A DNA stretch of 54,137 bases from Octopus bimaculoides (taxonomy: Eukaryota). Location of the stretch: contig NC_068981.1 of NCBI RefSeq assembly GCF_001194135.2, forward strand, positions 12,353,163 through 12,407,299, read 5' to 3'. Shown here piece after piece: positions 51,729 through 54,137 of the stretch (positions are counted from its first letter, which is position 1; every line of letters begins with the position of its first letter). The notes under the pieces are model-generated. The model had not been told where the DNA came from. It made no database searches and was given only the letters and a program-made list of their open reading frames with translations. Position numbers and translations under genes: made by a program.

Positions 51729-52319
51729 TGAAAGAAAATCAATAGAAACTAGGCGTGATAATTTTAAACCTTAGTCACAACAATATTGTCTAATAATATA
51801 AGCAACATGTATAGAAAGTTTCTCATGGTCGATAAACTTATCCATTAAGGAACTGAAATGATAAAATTAAACACCAATAAATGCGATCATATAGATTTAA
51901 AAGGACGGTCGAAAAGATATATTCAGGAATTCAAACGGAAAATGTACTAGCCAATAAGTTACGATATCCTATGTTAAAAACAAGACAAATGAAATGAAAT
52001 GGAAGGATGTGGCAATGATTGCATTAATCTTTCGGTAGGGAAGGCATCGAAATTAGAAACCACGAAAAGCCGCCATAACTCTTTAAACGTTCAAAGTTTC
52101 GGTTCAAAACAGAGTGGTCTTGAATCCGATTGAAAAACACTTCAGTTAAGCACAACATACATTTTACAGAACAGGAGCATGATCCATTCCGGAATGTCCT
52201 TGATTTTTTCCACGGTAGAGTATTGTAGTTATGAAATACTTTGTCTTAGGGTTTTAAAACTGCCATATATATTTTGTGATAAACACTTCGATTATCTGTT
52301 TTGCAGGTATTCAAAACAA
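51729..52319 (+). repeat. Non-coding ~600-bp segment paralogous to 36553-37145
   Basis: See the partner feature; the left end abuts the LINE insertion. Confidence 0.85.
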
Positions 52320-53726
52320 TATGTTGGTGCTGACGAAATCTTGGTTTCAAAACTTTCCTGTAGCTTGGGTGTGGATTTCGGTTTCATCAATATATCTGTT
52401 AACCTATTTACACAGTGTCGGTTACAGCACGAAGCAAACCTTTGACAGATCATCTAACATTTATGTTTTTTACTGTTAAAACCCTTCATTACGGACCCTG
52501 GGAGAATGTATATAAGATAGATCTAAAAATCCATTAGTTACATTGCGTTTGTCATCCATATTAAATATAGTTGAACCACAGAAATATTCTTTATAAGAAA
52601 TATTCTATACTAAGATTCCCTGAAATTATACTATGCCCGTTGTTATAAACAATGACGGGTTCTAATAACATTCTTCGTACTACAATGGCCAATTAGAAAG
52701 AGTGTATTTACCGAGTACATTCTTTATGACCGAAGTGACTATGTTCTTAAATGCACAATATTATATAAAGATCTTTTGGGCGAAATAACAGTAACTGAGA
52801 AGCTTAATGTAAGAAGGCATACATAACACTGAAAATTTTTTCCATTTACATTTGTCTTGTAGCAGTCGATATTTTCAAAATACGCTATAGTGACCAAAGG
52901 AATCTCATCTGGTAACCGAGTGTTATTTCCTTTGTATATTATGAATTCTAGTATATTCTTAAAACTTGAATATACTATTTTTCCTTTCTCATTTGATGAT
53001 TATCGCAGTTGTCACAAAACAGTTCTTTAATTTTTCTCGAAGGAAAAATCACTTTAATACTCTAGACTTTATCCAGGGTCGCACATACTGTAATATATAT
53101 TCACCAAGGTATAGCAGATAGATAGATAGATAGATTGAATGATTCACAGGCAGATAAATACTCAGAACTGTATGATAAAAAAGTATATAAGCATTCAAAA
53201 ATGTATGCTTATAAAAATATAAGTATAAACATATAAATAAATAGAAGCCATAGAGACATTATTTAGACATACATCGATTATACGTACTAAGAAAATTAAA
53301 TATCAGCGAGTTTGATTTAGTGTGGTTCTGAAGAGATTAAGAAGAAAAGTCTTTGATCCTGCTATAAACAGTTAATTTGCTGTTGAAATATAGAAAATAT
53401 CGACGTCGGAATAGTTACGGCTGGAGGCTAGAATATAAAGACTAAGTACCAAACTTTGAGAATTTGGGTTACGTGAGAAGGATGAGAATCTCAGTAATTG
53501 ATTCCTTTGGCAAAATAATATGTGTACATCTACACAGATACGAGTTCGCATAGCAAAAGACACACAAACATATATGTATATATACATATATATATATCTA
53601 TATCTATCATTCTCTATATATAAAGATTTATATCTACGCGCATATAATAGTTTTACGTCTATTCATATATATATTTATAATGTATACTGTCAAACACAAT
53701 TTATTTATATATATATNNNNNNNNNN

Positions 53727-53766
<40 letters not shown>

Positions 53767-53872
53767 GCACATCTGAATGTAGAGTGTATATATGCATACA
53801 TATATTTTATGTATCACTTTGTATAAATTTATCCTCATTATTATTATTTTACTTCTTTACTTATCCTTGCTG

Positions 53873-54021
53873 TTCTTCTTTTCTTCTTGCTCTTCTTCTT
53901 CTTCTTCTTCTTCTTCTTCTTCTTCTTCTTCTTCTTCTTCTTCTTCTTCTTCTTCTTCTTCTTCTTCTTCTTCTTCTTCTTCTTCTTCTTCTTCTTCTTC
54001 TTCTTCATCTTCTTTCTTCTT
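53873..54021. repeat. (TTC)n microsatellite
   Basis: Directly visible. Confidence 0.95.
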
Positions 54022-54137
54022 CTCCTACTTCTCTTCCTCTTCATATTTTTATTATTTTATACATATCTATGTTTATAGGTTTATAAGCACTAGAGAGTGC
54101 ATATACATCCATATATATATATATATATATATATATA

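Noticed and set aside
52863-52911. Small exon-like segment (DIFKIRYSDQRNLI) with AG/GT ends; similar candidates near 4760-4850(-), 25075-25110(-), 25493 and 33398
   Set aside because: Such sites are frequent by chance in AT-rich DNA, and no consistent multi-exon reading frame or homology was recognised.
53520-54086. Poly-Leu / poly-Lys / poly-Phe ORFs
   Set aside because: Produced by the (TTC)n microsatellite.

Overview
AT-rich eukaryotic (animal) genomic DNA with dense (TA)n, (CA)n, (GA)n, (TATC)n and trinucleotide microsatellites. It has 18 assembly gaps (roughly 4.8 kb of N), most flanked by microsatellite. The SINE families and microsatellite style resemble an octopus genome (inference; no search run). 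Most ORFs in the supplied track are artefacts of microsatellites or N runs. Host-gene signal is limited to two in-phase terminal exons at 81-377 (+, unidentified protein) and one weak candidate exon near 24 kb. The rest is decayed transposons: Penelope-like elements (PLEs), mariner and maT-type Tc1/mariner, a Helitron helicase, two CR1/L2-group LINE 3' fragments, an R4/Dong-type LINE inside a (TAA)n tract, and several tRNA-SINEs (four with target-site duplications, TSDs). Main result: I can read 11 type-I hammerhead ribozyme (HHR) motifs from about six sequence families in PLE-type terminal repeats. Most have a palindromic helix III, and many of the repeats end against (TA)n. Two have unusual cores: a fully base-paired HHR with the tertiary 3-8 pair swapped (G3-C8; 9963-10018, minus), and a three-copy family sharing A6->U. 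There are also three long inverted repeats (including a ~1.05-kb diverged hairpin with an HHR relic in each arm) and a ~600-bp inverted non-coding duplication. All alignments and folds were done by eye; no ribozyme activity is demonstrated.
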